The notes: generated by a model not told the origin, from the sequence alone. Positions 20,390-29,580 are shown, numbered from the stretch's first letter. The stretch: DNA of 32,624 nucleotides from Candidatus Poseidoniales archaeon (GCA_045567855.1 JBJLCC010000037.1:1-32624), one strand, 5' to 3'. Numbers and translations: made by a program.

Positions 20390-20449
20390 AGCTGCTCCCG
20401 GCGGGCCCCCTCCCACCTCCCAACCTGTCGGTTGAGCGGCAACATTTTT
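20390..20449 (+). ncRNA. Candidate small structured RNA: GC-rich hairpin with C-rich loop
   Basis: GCUGCUC/GAGCGGC and CCGGCGGG/CCUGUCGG stems (15 bp, 3 G-U pairs, UU bulge), loop CCCCCUCCCACCUCCCAA. 38 of 50 nt G+C over 20391-20440. Upstream CGAATA-TTTTAAA (20355-20367), downstream T5. Confidence 0.5.
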
Positions 20450-20472
20450 AAATTCAATTTTAATTGGAACAT

Positions 20473-20616
20473 ATGATAAATCACAGAACGTATACAAATT
20501 TCATACGTTGCTCATGCGGATTTATAGGTGAATCAATCGAGGCGAGGCAACATAGAGAATGTCCTCAATGCCATTCTGTAGTTGAGGCATGCTGTGAAGG
20601 AAATAATTGTAATTAA
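20473..20616 (+). CDS. Small Cys-rich putative metal-binding protein (47 aa; below the ORF-track cutoff)
   Basis: Manual translation MINHRTYTNFIRCSCGFIGESIEARQHRECPQCHSVVEACCEGNNCN*. CxCG, CPxC and CC motifs; TATA-like TTTTAAA at 20446-20452; stop overlaps the sdhB stop. Confidence 0.65.
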   Translation: MINHRTYTNFIRCSCGFIGESIEARQHRECPQCHSVVEACCEGNNCN

Positions 20617-21347
20617 TTGGTTTTTCCAGTTAATTTTCTCCAAATCCATTTTAGAGGGTCGTAGTACTCGTCTGCAACTCTTTCCTTCATAGGTATTATT
20701 GCATTGTCAGTTATAGCAATATTTTCAGGACAGACTTCAGTACAACATTTGGTTATATTACACAATCCTATTCCATTATCATTCTTTATGGTTTCTAAAC
20801 GATTCCCTTGGTCTAATGGGTGCATTTCCAGCATTGCATTCCGCATCAAAAAACGAGGTCCTGCATATTCAGATTTCATATCGCTATCTCTTAAAACGTG
20901 GCAAACGTCTTGACAAAGGAAACATTCGATGCATTTTCTGAACTCTTGAACTCTATCTACGTCTTCCTGCAGCATTCTTGGATCGTCTGTATCTGGGTGT
21001 TGGTAGGGTAAAATTTTCTTGTTAACTTCATAGTTCCAAGAGACATCAGACACTAAGTCTTTAACTACAGGAAAGGCTTTCATTGGTTTAATAACTAAAG
21101 GTTCAGAAGGATCATAATCTGACATCCGAGTCATACACATAAGACTTGGAACTCCATTAACTTCAGCAGAACATGAACCACATTTTCCAGCTTTACAGTT
21201 CCATCTTACAGCTAAATCAGGTGCGTCATTAGCTTGAATCTCGTGAATTGCGTCAAGAACTACCATTCCAGGTCCACTCTCCATTTCAAATTCATGCATG
21301 AAGTAATCTTCTTTTTCACCCCTTTGAATAATTATTTTTCTCTTCAT
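20613..21347 (-). CDS. sdhB: Succinate dehydrogenase/fumarate reductase iron-sulfur subunit
   Basis: CKAGKCGSC...C, CIECFLCQDVC and CNITKCCTEVCP cluster motifs; SD GGAGG; ATGA overlap with sdhA. Confidence 0.95.
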   Translation of the reverse strand: MKRKIIIQRGEKEDYFMHEFEMESGPGMVVLDAIHEIQANDAPDLAVRWNCKAGKCGSCSAEVNGVPSLMCMTRMSDYDPSEPLVIKPMKAFPVVKDLVSDVSWNYEVNKKILPYQHPDTDDPRMLQEDVDRVQEFRKCIECFLCQDVCHVLRDSDMKSEYAGPRFLMRNAMLEMHPLDQGNRLETIKNDNGIGLCNITKCCTEVCPENIAITDNAIIPMKERVADEYYDPLKWIWRKLTGKTN

Positions 21348-23143
21348 ACAGCCTCCTTCATAACAAAGTCTTGCAATTCATCAGGCATAATTTTCTTGTC
21401 AGATTTCACAATATTTAAGCCATCCGGCCCTTTTCGAATTATTATATTCAAAGTCCCTAATTTTTCGTCATATTCAGGATAGTCTAGCCTTGTATGTCCT
21501 CCACGGCTTTCACGTCTTTCTTTGGCAGCTTCAGCTACGGCTAGAGAAGTTATTATCATATTTTTCATGTCCAGACATAGGTGCCAGCTTGGGTTGTAAG
21601 ATCGGTCTCCGGTTGCTTTTGCGTTTTCCACCCTTCTCCTCAAGTCTTTTAATTTTCCAATACCTTCGTTTAGTGATTCTTCTTCTCTCACAATTCCGGC
21701 ATGCATTTCCATAATGTCTTGCAGTTCTCGATGTAAATGATAAGGATTTTCAGTTTTTGCATCTGAAAAGCAATCTATAATTTCATTTGCAGCTTTCTTA
21801 AGCTTACTTTTACTAAACGATATTTCTTCAGTGTTAAGTGCGAAATTTGCAGCAGCTCTACCTGAGATGTTTCCAAAGACGAGTAAATCAGACAATGAAT
21901 TCCCCCCTAAACGATTTGCACCATGGAGTCCGGCGGCAGCTTCTCCTGCAGCATACATTCCTTTTAGGCTTGAGGCGCCAGTTTCCGCATCAACAGTTAT
22001 TCCACCCATCATGTAATGTGTAGTTGGTCCAACTTCCATTGGTTCTTCAGTAATGTCTAAATCACCAAGTTCTTTAAATTGGTGATACATCGAAGGTAAT
22101 TTTTTCTTTATGTAATCGGCATCTTGTCTGTTTGCTATGTCCAAAAATGCACCTCCGTGAGGACTGCCTCTTCCTTCTTTGACTTCTTTCATAATGGCTT
22201 TGGCAACTACATCTCTAGTTAGAAGTTCAGGAGGTCTCATTGCCCCCTCTTTACCTTTTAACCAGTCATTAGCTTCTTTTTCATCCTTAGCAGTTTCAGC
22301 AGCAAATGCTTCAGGAATATAATTGAACATAAATCTTTCGCCTTTATTGTTCAACAAGACTCCGCCTTCTCCTCTCACACCTTCGGTTACCAGCGTACCC
22401 TTAACACTTGGTGGCCACACCATTCCAGTAGGATGAAATTGTATGAATTCCATATCTTGTAGATCAGCCCCTGCCAAATATGCCAAAGAATGTCCATCTC
22501 CAGTGTATTCCCATGAGTTTGAAGTGACTCGGTAAGCCTTTCCAATGCCTCCAGTTGCTACAACTATGGCTTTTGCATGAATTGCAATTATTTCTCCATT
22601 ATTACGGTAATATGCAAGAGCACCTACAGCTTGATTATCTTCGGTAATTATGGTTGCAACAGTACATTCCATAAAAATATCTATATTATCTTGATGAATT
22701 ACTTTGTCTTGTACAGTTCTTATAATTTCTAATCCTGTACGATCACCAACGTGAGCCAATCTGGGATACCTATGGCCTCCAAAATTTCTTTGGTTAATCT
22801 TTCCATCTTTTGTGCGGTCAAAAACAGCACCCCACCGTTCTAGTTCTAAGATTCTTTCGGGAGCTTGCTCGGCATGTATTTTTGCCATTTTCCAATTATT
22901 TAGATGCTTTCCACCTTTAATCGTATCCCTAAAATGAACTTTCCAATTATCTCGTTCATCCGCATTTCCTAAAGCAGCAGCAGCTCCACCTTCAGCCATA
23001 ACTGTGTGGGCTTTACCAAGCAAAGATTTTGATACAAGGCAAACACTTGCCCCTTCATCAGATGCCGCAATTGCAGCTCTCATTCCTGCGGCACCTGCAC
23101 CTATGACAAGAACATCATATTTTTTTTCTTGAATATCTTCCAT
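21344..23143 (-). CDS. sdhA: Succinate dehydrogenase/fumarate reductase flavoprotein (start taken at ATG 23143, TAATG-coupled to the anchor gene; track start 23155)
   Basis: GAGAAG, AHTVMAEGG (covalent FAD His), QFHPTG, EGVRGEGG, HYMMGG, HGANRLGGNSL, RESRGGH. Confidence 0.95.
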   Translation of the reverse strand: MEDIQEKKYDVLVIGAGAAGMRAAIAASDEGASVCLVSKSLLGKAHTVMAEGGAAAALGNADERDNWKVHFRDTIKGGKHLNNWKMAKIHAEQAPERILELERWGAVFDRTKDGKINQRNFGGHRYPRLAHVGDRTGLEIIRTVQDKVIHQDNIDIFMECTVATIITEDNQAVGALAYYRNNGEIIAIHAKAIVVATGGIGKAYRVTSNSWEYTGDGHSLAYLAGADLQDMEFIQFHPTGMVWPPSVKGTLVTEGVRGEGGVLLNNKGERFMFNYIPEAFAAETAKDEKEANDWLKGKEGAMRPPELLTRDVVAKAIMKEVKEGRGSPHGGAFLDIANRQDADYIKKKLPSMYHQFKELGDLDITEEPMEVGPTTHYMMGGITVDAETGASSLKGMYAAGEAAAGLHGANRLGGNSLSDLLVFGNISGRAAANFALNTEEISFSKSKLKKAANEIIDCFSDAKTENPYHLHRELQDIMEMHAGIVREEESLNEGIGKLKDLRRRVENAKATGDRSYNPSWHLCLDMKNMIITSLAVAEAAKERRESRGGHTRLDYPEYDEKLGTLNIIIRKGPDGLNIVKSDKKIMPDELQDFVMKEAV

Positions 23144-23973
23144 TAAAGCACCCACTGAAATATTTCGTCATTTCCTAATAGCCCTAAGTAAATTCTAATA
23201 TAGAAATCAGCAATCATTATTGTAACTAATGATATCCAGAAGTACAATCCATGATGACGGTTTAGAGAATTTATCCACGAGTTACCTGTCTTCTTAACAT
23301 AATTAGTACATGAAATACAATCAACATTGCCTCCAACTAAATTTCTCAGTGAATGACATGAAGAAACATATAATGTTAAGAATAAAGCATCTATAGTTAG
23401 GATAAGACTTCCGAAGCCGACTCCTACGCTGCTTCCAAAAATGTAAGATTCAAATGCGTGGTACCAATGCAGTATGGCAAGTATTATTGCTAAATAAAGG
23501 AAATATCTGTGGGAGTTCATAATTATGAATGGAAGTGCATTTTCACCATTATAAGATTTAATTGGTTTATCGACTGCACAGCCTGCAGGATTTGCTAATA
23601 GTGATCTATAAAAAACTCTTCTACCATAGTAACAAGTTCCACGGAATCCTAAGGGTGCCCAAATGAATAAAAGTGTTGCAGGAAGTGGCCAAAAGCTGAG
23701 TATATCTGATGGAATGGCGTTAGGGCCCGGGGAAGAAATCGGACTTACGTAGTGAGCGCCGTTTTCATTGTAATAAATAAAGTCATTTTCATAATCGCCT
23801 ATAGTTCCATGCTCTATCAAAAGAACGGATATAGTATAAACTCCAAACAAGATTAATATGGTACCCATTACTAATGGTTGAATCCACCATTTATCTGTGC
23901 GGAAAGTTGCGAAAAACCCTTTTTTTTCCACAGGAACAAAGCAGGGCGGTATGTCCAGTGCGTCAGTACTCAA
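23143..23973 (-). CDS. SDH membrane anchor, Mycobacterium Sdh1 (Rv0249c)-like
   Basis: R.D.WW, Y.SP..SP, PLGFRGTCYY.R..FYR, N.HRYF, SCHS.R motifs; several TM helices; first gene of the sdh operon; TTG start. Confidence 0.8.
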   Translation of the reverse strand: MSTDALDIPPCFVPVEKKGFFATFRTDKWWIQPLVMGTILILFGVYTISVLLIEHGTIGDYENDFIYYNENGAHYVSPISSPGPNAIPSDILSFWPLPATLLFIWAPLGFRGTCYYGRRVFYRSLLANPAGCAVDKPIKSYNGENALPFIIMNSHRYFLYLAIILAILHWYHAFESYIFGSSVGVGFGSLILTIDALFLTLYVSSCHSLRNLVGGNVDCISCTNYVKKTGNSWINSLNRHHGLYFWISLVTIMIADFYIRIYLGLLGNDEIFQWVL

Positions 23974-24056
23974 TACTCTTACAGTTGCATATGGGTATTT
24001 TTAATATACTCATCAAGTGCCAATAGCTATTTTATCTATTAGATGTACTATGTTCT

Positions 24057-25637
24057 ATGAAATTACCTTTCATTATATCAATGATGTTTGTGACCCTTTC
24101 ATTTATGGGTTGTCTCGGGCCAGAGGATAAAAGAACGTTAATTGAAGAGGAAGATGTAGAAGTGACTAGGCTAATTGTTTCAGATGAGCAACTAAGTCAA
24201 TTTCCTTTTTCAGATAATCCTATTCGTAATTTCACAGTTATTACGCCAAGTGGTTCGACTGAGAGACTATGGGCAGTTTATGGCACAGAGTTAGCGGAGG
24301 ACCATAATTACGGAGGAAACTGTTGTGAGCACTACATTACCACAGATCAAGATGGAGTAATCTATAATTTAGGGGGAGAATGGCCATGGTGGAGTACAGA
24401 TAGGGGATTAACTTGGGATGAATATGTGCCTCCTGCATTCAATACAGATTTGGGCTGCGAAGAAGGTCAATTAGATCCGACATTTGATCCAGGACTCGGT
24501 GAAGGTTCAATAATTCAGGCACCTAACGGAGATATACTTGCAATGACCTGGTTTCCATATCCTAGTTTTGACGGGGCCGACCAATTTTACGCAATTCTTG
24601 GAAAAAAGACAGCACCTGATCAAATTGAATGGCAGTGGTGTTGGAATACTTTTGACAAAGAGCCATTTTATGACCGGTCTTGGCAGGTTCCAGTAGTCGG
24701 ACCAATAAATCCACCTCCTGAACATTCTACGAATTTATGCTCATCAAACTGTCCTTGGGCCAGCATGGTGGTTTCAAATTTTTGGAGTTATAATGAGCAA
24801 GGTTATCAGATAAGTGTTGACGGTCTGAATTATCGTCCTTTAGATATTCCTGATAGTGCTTCAAATGAATGTAATGCAGAATATGCTAGGTGTGGTCAAG
24901 ATCTAGAATTTGATTTACTATTCGAGGATTTAGGGCCAGAATGGGATTTTATGCAACCTCATAGAGAAATGAGAGCTTCACCTATACCAACAGGAGGACT
25001 ATTGTTTCCAAGATGGTTTAGTGACGGAAGTAATTTGTTCTTAGATACTGAACTAACCTGGCATAAGCATAATTTACCAAATGGTTCACTATTGCCTTCA
25101 AGAAATCTTGTAATAGATAGCTCCGGAGCATTACATAGTGTATCTTGTAATATACTAGATCCTGGAGCCAAAGGTTGCGATGGAACCTTCAACCTAACAC
25201 ACAGCGTAAGTTTCGATGGAGGTTATAATTGGACTGAGTATAATCATGGTTGGCCAGGATCTGCAGCAGTATCAGATAATACTTTCGAGTGGGATTTCCA
25301 GGCAGATGGCAATTTAGATTTGGCTGTAATTTCAATGAGAGTACAGAGTTCTAATTTTACGGGAGACGGTAGTCCTAGTGATGTAGATTTAGTTTTCCAT
25401 GTTCGAGATTACAGCCAAAGTATGGAAGCAGATTCAGTGACAATAATTGGTTTAGGCGATTTAGACTCAACTTCTGGAGCTGGGAATGACATAAGGTTTG
25501 ATTTTGCATCAATGGCAATTTTACCAGACGGCGGTGTTGTAGTTGCTTATCATGATAGTACCGATCCTAATGAGGATCCTATGTTTGCAATTGAGTTAGA
25601 ATTGCCGGAGAAATATTTTTATTCTATAGCAATTTAA
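24057..25637 (+). CDS. Putative lipoprotein with BNR/Asp-box repeats (sialidase-like beta-propeller)
   Basis: Lipobox-like SFMGC after a short signal peptide; Asp-boxes STDRGLTW, SVDGLNY, SFDGGYNW; acidic and Cys-rich. Confidence 0.65.
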   Translation: MKLPFIISMMFVTLSFMGCLGPEDKRTLIEEEDVEVTRLIVSDEQLSQFPFSDNPIRNFTVITPSGSTERLWAVYGTELAEDHNYGGNCCEHYITTDQDGVIYNLGGEWPWWSTDRGLTWDEYVPPAFNTDLGCEEGQLDPTFDPGLGEGSIIQAPNGDILAMTWFPYPSFDGADQFYAILGKKTAPDQIEWQWCWNTFDKEPFYDRSWQVPVVGPINPPPEHSTNLCSSNCPWASMVVSNFWSYNEQGYQISVDGLNYRPLDIPDSASNECNAEYARCGQDLEFDLLFEDLGPEWDFMQPHREMRASPIPTGGLLFPRWFSDGSNLFLDTELTWHKHNLPNGSLLPSRNLVIDSSGALHSVSCNILDPGAKGCDGTFNLTHSVSFDGGYNWTEYNHGWPGSAAVSDNTFEWDFQADGNLDLAVISMRVQSSNFTGDGSPSDVDLVFHVRDYSQSMEADSVTIIGLGDLDSTSGAGNDIRFDFASMAILPDGGVVVAYHDSTDPNEDPMFAIELELPEKYFYSIAI

Positions 25638-26409
25638 TTAATGAATTTATCTCTTTAGCTCGATTCCGTAGCGTTACTTCAGAAGTACCAAGCGTTTTAG
25701 CGATTTCAAGTTGACTTCTTCGTACCTTAGTCTTTTTGCATGCAAGGTATATTGAAGCCCCTAGAAGTGCAATGGGTGAAATACCTTGCCGATATTCACT
25801 GTTTTCAACAGATCTAATTATTTCCTTTGCTTCAGTCTCTACATTCTTTGGTAATGCTAATTTTTCTGTAAATTTAGGCAAAAAAGTTATACTGCTTGAA
25901 ATATTAATTTTAAGCTTTAATTTTCTTTTAATTAAACGGTGAAGCTTACTTAATTCATTTCTGTTCAAATTACAAAGATTTGCAATTTCATCTAAAGTTA
26001 TTGGCAAATTGCTTACTCTACATGCTGTAAATATTGAAGCTGCTGCTACCTTTTGTGTGCTTCTTCCTCTTACAATTCCTTTTTTAGATGAACTGGAAAA
26101 AATTTCTAATCCAGATTCCACAACTTTGTTATCAAGTTTTAGCAATTCAGATATTCGGTTTATCTCTTCAGAAGCTAAAAGAATATTCTTGCCTAGAGAA
26201 ACATTTGTCCTAATTTCATTTTGCCATTTCAGTACAGTTCCAGAGCTCGCAGTCACTTTAACTTCTTTAGATTTTGTTTTAGTTGTTTTTGCTGGCTTAT
26301 ATTTCATCCACTGTGGGCCGGAGTCAAAAATTAGACTACACGAACTGCACGACATGATTCCGTCACCTTCTGAAATTATTTTTTCATTGCTACATTCCGG
26401 ACATTTCAT
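25624..26409 (-). CDS. tfb: Transcription initiation factor B (short, divergent)
   Basis: Zn ribbon CPEC...CSSC, DSGPQW, cyclin repeats (RGRS...AASIF.ACR; GASIYLAC), HTH SQLEIA...SEVTLRNR. Confidence 0.92.
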   Translation of the reverse strand: MKCPECSNEKIISEGDGIMSCSSCSLIFDSGPQWMKYKPAKTTKTKSKEVKVTASSGTVLKWQNEIRTNVSLGKNILLASEEINRISELLKLDNKVVESGLEIFSSSSKKGIVRGRSTQKVAAASIFTACRVSNLPITLDEIANLCNLNRNELSKLHRLIKRKLKLKINISSSITFLPKFTEKLALPKNVETEAKEIIRSVENSEYRQGISPIALLGASIYLACKKTKVRRSQLEIAKTLGTSEVTLRNRAKEINSLIKLL

Positions 26410-26630
26410 TTTTTGTACACTTCCCTGCCAATAATTTTAGTTATTCGCATACCTTTGTTTGCAGCTATAGCTAGGTAAGGGTCACTTACAGGTCCAAAAA
26501 TGTTGACCACTCTTCCAATTACTCTTTTTTCATTATCATAAATTTTGGTGTTTTTTGGGACCTTCTTATCTGTATTCACAATTGCAAGATTTCTTGAGTT
26601 CAAATGTGATACCCGTCCAACACACTTCAT
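26406..26630 (-). CDS. gar1: H/ACA RNP component Gar1/Naf1 family
   Basis: IYD....IGRVVNIFGPVSDPY motif; 74 aa; directly upstream of tfb, a known euryarchaeal arrangement. Confidence 0.88.
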   Translation of the reverse strand: MKCVGRVSHLNSRNLAIVNTDKKVPKNTKIYDNEKRVIGRVVNIFGPVSDPYLAIAANKGMRITKIIGREVYKK

Positions 26631-26676
26631 TATTTTGCTTTTTTAAACTAGTATTTAAAGTTTATGTTTTTGTCAA

Positions 26677-27447
26677 TCACAAAAATTCCTTCCAAAAGAA
26701 GTTATCGTTCTTTGATAGTTCATATTTATTCCTCATAATCCTCTCATTCTTGACAGTTTCGATTTTTATATCATCATATTTTATGCTACTTAATGTTAGA
26801 AATTCAGCTTTAGCCATAGTAAAATCTATTTTCTGGCCACTGAGTCCTTTTTTAATGTCGTTAAGCTCTTTCCTTCCGTATGTTACGTCCGAAGCAGCTC
26901 CAATCATTTTTCTAACTTGGTGCCAAAGAAATGAGATTCCTCTAATTTCACACATAATTACTTTTCCTCTAGAAGTAACATTTATTTCTTTTACAGTCCT
27001 TCTTGTATCTACAATATCAGTATCTAAAACTCTCGCAAAATTTCTGAAATCGTGTTTCCCAACAAAGAGTTGCATTACCTCATTAAATAATTCCTGATTC
27101 TTTTCATTAAATACGTAATATCTGTATTCTCTTTCCTTAGCAATTCTAGGATTAAATTCTATTTTTACGTCAGAAAATCCAGTTATCCATATAGGATATT
27201 TTTCAAGTCTTTCAATAAATTCTCCGACATATTCTTTACATCTCCGATTTGAGATAGTAGTTATGATATTACATGTTGCATTTACGCCTCTATCTGTTCG
27301 ACTTGCGAATAAAGGATTTGAAGAACCCAGATTTTTGAGGATGTTCTTCACAACTCCCTCCACAGTTATTACGTCTGGCTGAATTTGAGATCCATGGAAG
27401 GCGCTACCGTGATATGCTATTCTAAATAAATTGGCAAACTTACTCAT
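26677..27447 (-). CDS. truA: tRNA pseudouridine(38-40) synthase
   Basis: YHGSAFHGSQIQPD..TVEG, SRTDRGV (catalytic Asp), GKHDFRNF, FLWHQVRKM. Confidence 0.93.
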   Translation of the reverse strand: MSKFANLFRIAYHGSAFHGSQIQPDVITVEGVVKNILKNLGSSNPLFASRTDRGVNATCNIITTISNRRCKEYVGEFIERLEKYPIWITGFSDVKIEFNPRIAKEREYRYYVFNEKNQELFNEVMQLFVGKHDFRNFARVLDTDIVDTRRTVKEINVTSRGKVIMCEIRGISFLWHQVRKMIGAASDVTYGRKELNDIKKGLSGQKIDFTMAKAEFLTLSSIKYDDIKIETVKNERIMRNKYELSKNDNFFWKEFL

Positions 27448-27450
27448 TAA

Positions 27451-28314
27451 CTAGATAATTTCTTCTAGAGTATCTCCAAGTTTGGAAGGATTATTAGTAA
27501 CATGTATTCCTGCTCTTTCCATTGCTTTCATCTTTTCTCTTGCTGTACCTTTTCCTCCAGAAATTATAGCTCCCGCATGTCCCATTCTTTTACCAGGCGG
27601 AGCAGTTCTTCCAGCTATAAAGCCGACAATTGGTTTTGAAACATATTCTTTAACATATTCAGATGCTAATTCTTCTGCAGTTCCGCCAATTTCTCCGATC
27701 ATTATCATGGATTTTGTTTGTGAATCATTCTCAAAAGCCTCTAAACAATCAATGAAATTTGTCCCGTTAACTGGATCGCCGCCGATACCAACACAGGTTG
27801 ATTGTCCTAATCCCTTCTCGGTTACTTGATTTACGGCTTCATATGTTAAAGTACCTGATCTTGATATTATACCAACATCTCCTTTTCTATGAATGTGACC
27901 TGGCATTATTCCTACTTTACTTACTCCCGGAGTTATCAGTCCAGGACAGTTTGGTCCAATCAATCTGGTATTAATAGGTTCTAAATACCTCTTAACCTTA
28001 ACCATGTCTAATGCAGGAATTCCTTCCGTTATTGCAACGATCAGCTCAATACCGGCATCTGCAGATTCCATGATTGCATCAGCTGCAAATTGCGGAGGTA
28101 CAAAAATACATGATACATTTGCTCCATTATCAACAGCGTCGCTTACAGTATCCCATATGGGAAGTCCAAGTGTCTCTTGACCGCCTTTACCAGGAGTTAC
28201 TCCCCCTATTACTTTAGTCCCATAATCTAACATTTGCTCAGTATGGAATTGTCCGTTTTTACCGGTAATACCCTGAACTATGATCTTACTCTTTGAATCT
28301 AACCAGATACTCAT
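27451..28314 (-). CDS. sucD: Succinyl-CoA synthetase alpha subunit
   Basis: [36 protein letters not shown] (phospho-His). Confidence 0.98.
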   Translation of the reverse strand: MSIWLDSKSKIIVQGITGKNGQFHTEQMLDYGTKVIGGVTPGKGGQETLGLPIWDTVSDAVDNGANVSCIFVPPQFAADAIMESADAGIELIVAITEGIPALDMVKVKRYLEPINTRLIGPNCPGLITPGVSKVGIMPGHIHRKGDVGIISRSGTLTYEAVNQVTEKGLGQSTCVGIGGDPVNGTNFIDCLEAFENDSQTKSMIMIGEIGGTAEELASEYVKEYVSKPIVGFIAGRTAPPGKRMGHAGAIISGGKGTAREKMKAMERAGIHVTNNPSKLGDTLEEII

Positions 28315-29480
28315 GATTTCCCTCCTACAGCACCTACAGATTTCCTTGCTCCGCTATCCATATCATCTGCAGTAATCAAGTCCAAACCTGATTCAGATAG
28401 CATCTTCTTGCCTAAATCAACATTAGTTCCTGCCAACCTAACAATCAAAGGGATATCTAATTCAATTTCTTTTGCTGCAGTTATAATTCCTTCAGCAATG
28501 AAATCACATCTCATTATTCCACCGAAGATATTTACAAAGATGGCTTTTACTTCAGTATCAGATAAAATAATCCGGAATCCTTCAGCAACTTGTTCAGCAG
28601 TTGCTCCACCTCCAACATCTAAGAAATTAGCAGGCTCGCCACCGTGCAATTTGATGATGTCCATTGTAGACATTGCTAAACCAGCACCATTTACCATACA
28701 ACCAATTTCTCCGTCTAATTTAATGTAGTTTAATCCAGCTTTCGTAGCTTGAGATTCAAGTGGTTCTTCTTCATCCAAGTCCCTTAATTTTTCAATGTCT
28801 GTATGTCTAAACAAGGCAGAACTGTCGAAATTTATCTTCGCATCGAGTGCAATTACATCATCATGAGAAGTTACTACTAGTGGGTTGATTTCAACTATCG
28901 AGCAATCAAGTTTCATAAACAATTCATATAAGGTGATAATAAATTTACAACAGGAGCTGATCTGCTTACCTTGAAGACCTAATCCAAATGCAATTTTTCT
29001 TGCTTGCCAATTTCCAATGCCTGTTATTGGGTCTGCGTAAACTTTCAGAATTTTTTCAGGCTCTTTAATTGCAATTTCTTCGATTTCGACTCCACCTTCT
29101 GTTGAAGCCATTACAACCGGTAAATCTCGTTCTCTATCTAGAACTATTCCTAAGTATAGTTCTTTTGCTATATCACATCCCTCCTCAACATAAACTTTCC
29201 TTACCATTACTCCGTCGGACGTGGTTTGTGGAGTTACTAATTTAGAACCAATTAATTTGTCAGCAGCTTCATAAACTTCATCAGTAGTTTTACAAAGGAT
29301 AATTCCCCCGCCTTTACCTCTTCCTCCAGCATGCACCTGAGCTTTTACAACCCATATGTTTCCTCCTAGTGTTTTGCATGCTTCTGCTGCCTCATTAGCA
29401 TTTGTTGCAAGAACACCTTCCAAAGTTTTAACATTATAATCCTTAAAAAGCTGTTTTGCTTGATACTCATGAATGTTCAT
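28311..29480 (-). CDS. sucC: Succinyl-CoA synthetase beta subunit
   Basis: [53 protein letters not shown]. Confidence 0.98.
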   Translation of the reverse strand: MNIHEYQAKQLFKDYNVKTLEGVLATNANEAAEACKTLGGNIWVVKAQVHAGGRGKGGGIILCKTTDEVYEAADKLIGSKLVTPQTTSDGVMVRKVYVEEGCDIAKELYLGIVLDRERDLPVVMASTEGGVEIEEIAIKEPEKILKVYADPITGIGNWQARKIAFGLGLQGKQISSCCKFIITLYELFMKLDCSIVEINPLVVTSHDDVIALDAKINFDSSALFRHTDIEKLRDLDEEEPLESQATKAGLNYIKLDGEIGCMVNGAGLAMSTMDIIKLHGGEPANFLDVGGGATAEQVAEGFRIILSDTEVKAIFVNIFGGIMRCDFIAEGIITAAKEIELDIPLIVRLAGTNVDLGKKMLSESGLDLITADDMDSGARKSVGAVGGKS

Positions 29481-29580
29481 AATATATTACACACAGATTG
29501 GGGTTTAATACTCTAAGCCATAGTTTTTACTATGTAAAGATTTAAATAGAACTCAATCTGGCGCAAATAATAGGTTAATT

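Noticed and set aside
20391-20444. Hairpin followed by ACA as an H/ACA guide RNA; minus-strand GGCCC-GCC-GGGAGCAGC resembling SRP helix 8
   Set aside because: No bipartite pseudouridylation pocket or K-turn/K-loop GA pairs. The SRP CAGG and GNRA loop are missing and there is no room for a ~300-nt archaeal SRP RNA. A covariance search is needed to exclude these formally.
20377-20445. 22-aa minus-strand ORF (MLPLNRQVGRWEGARREQLSVI) upstream of hutU as a leader peptide
   Set aside because: No His codons as expected for a hut attenuator. hutU has its own TATA-like element, and G-U pairing favours the + strand RNA reading.
26009-27097. Antisense ORFs (141 aa and 180 aa) opposite tfb, gar1 and truA
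   Set aside because: Overlap confidently assigned genes; the Phe/Ser/Leu-rich composition is typical of antisense frames in AT-rich DNA.
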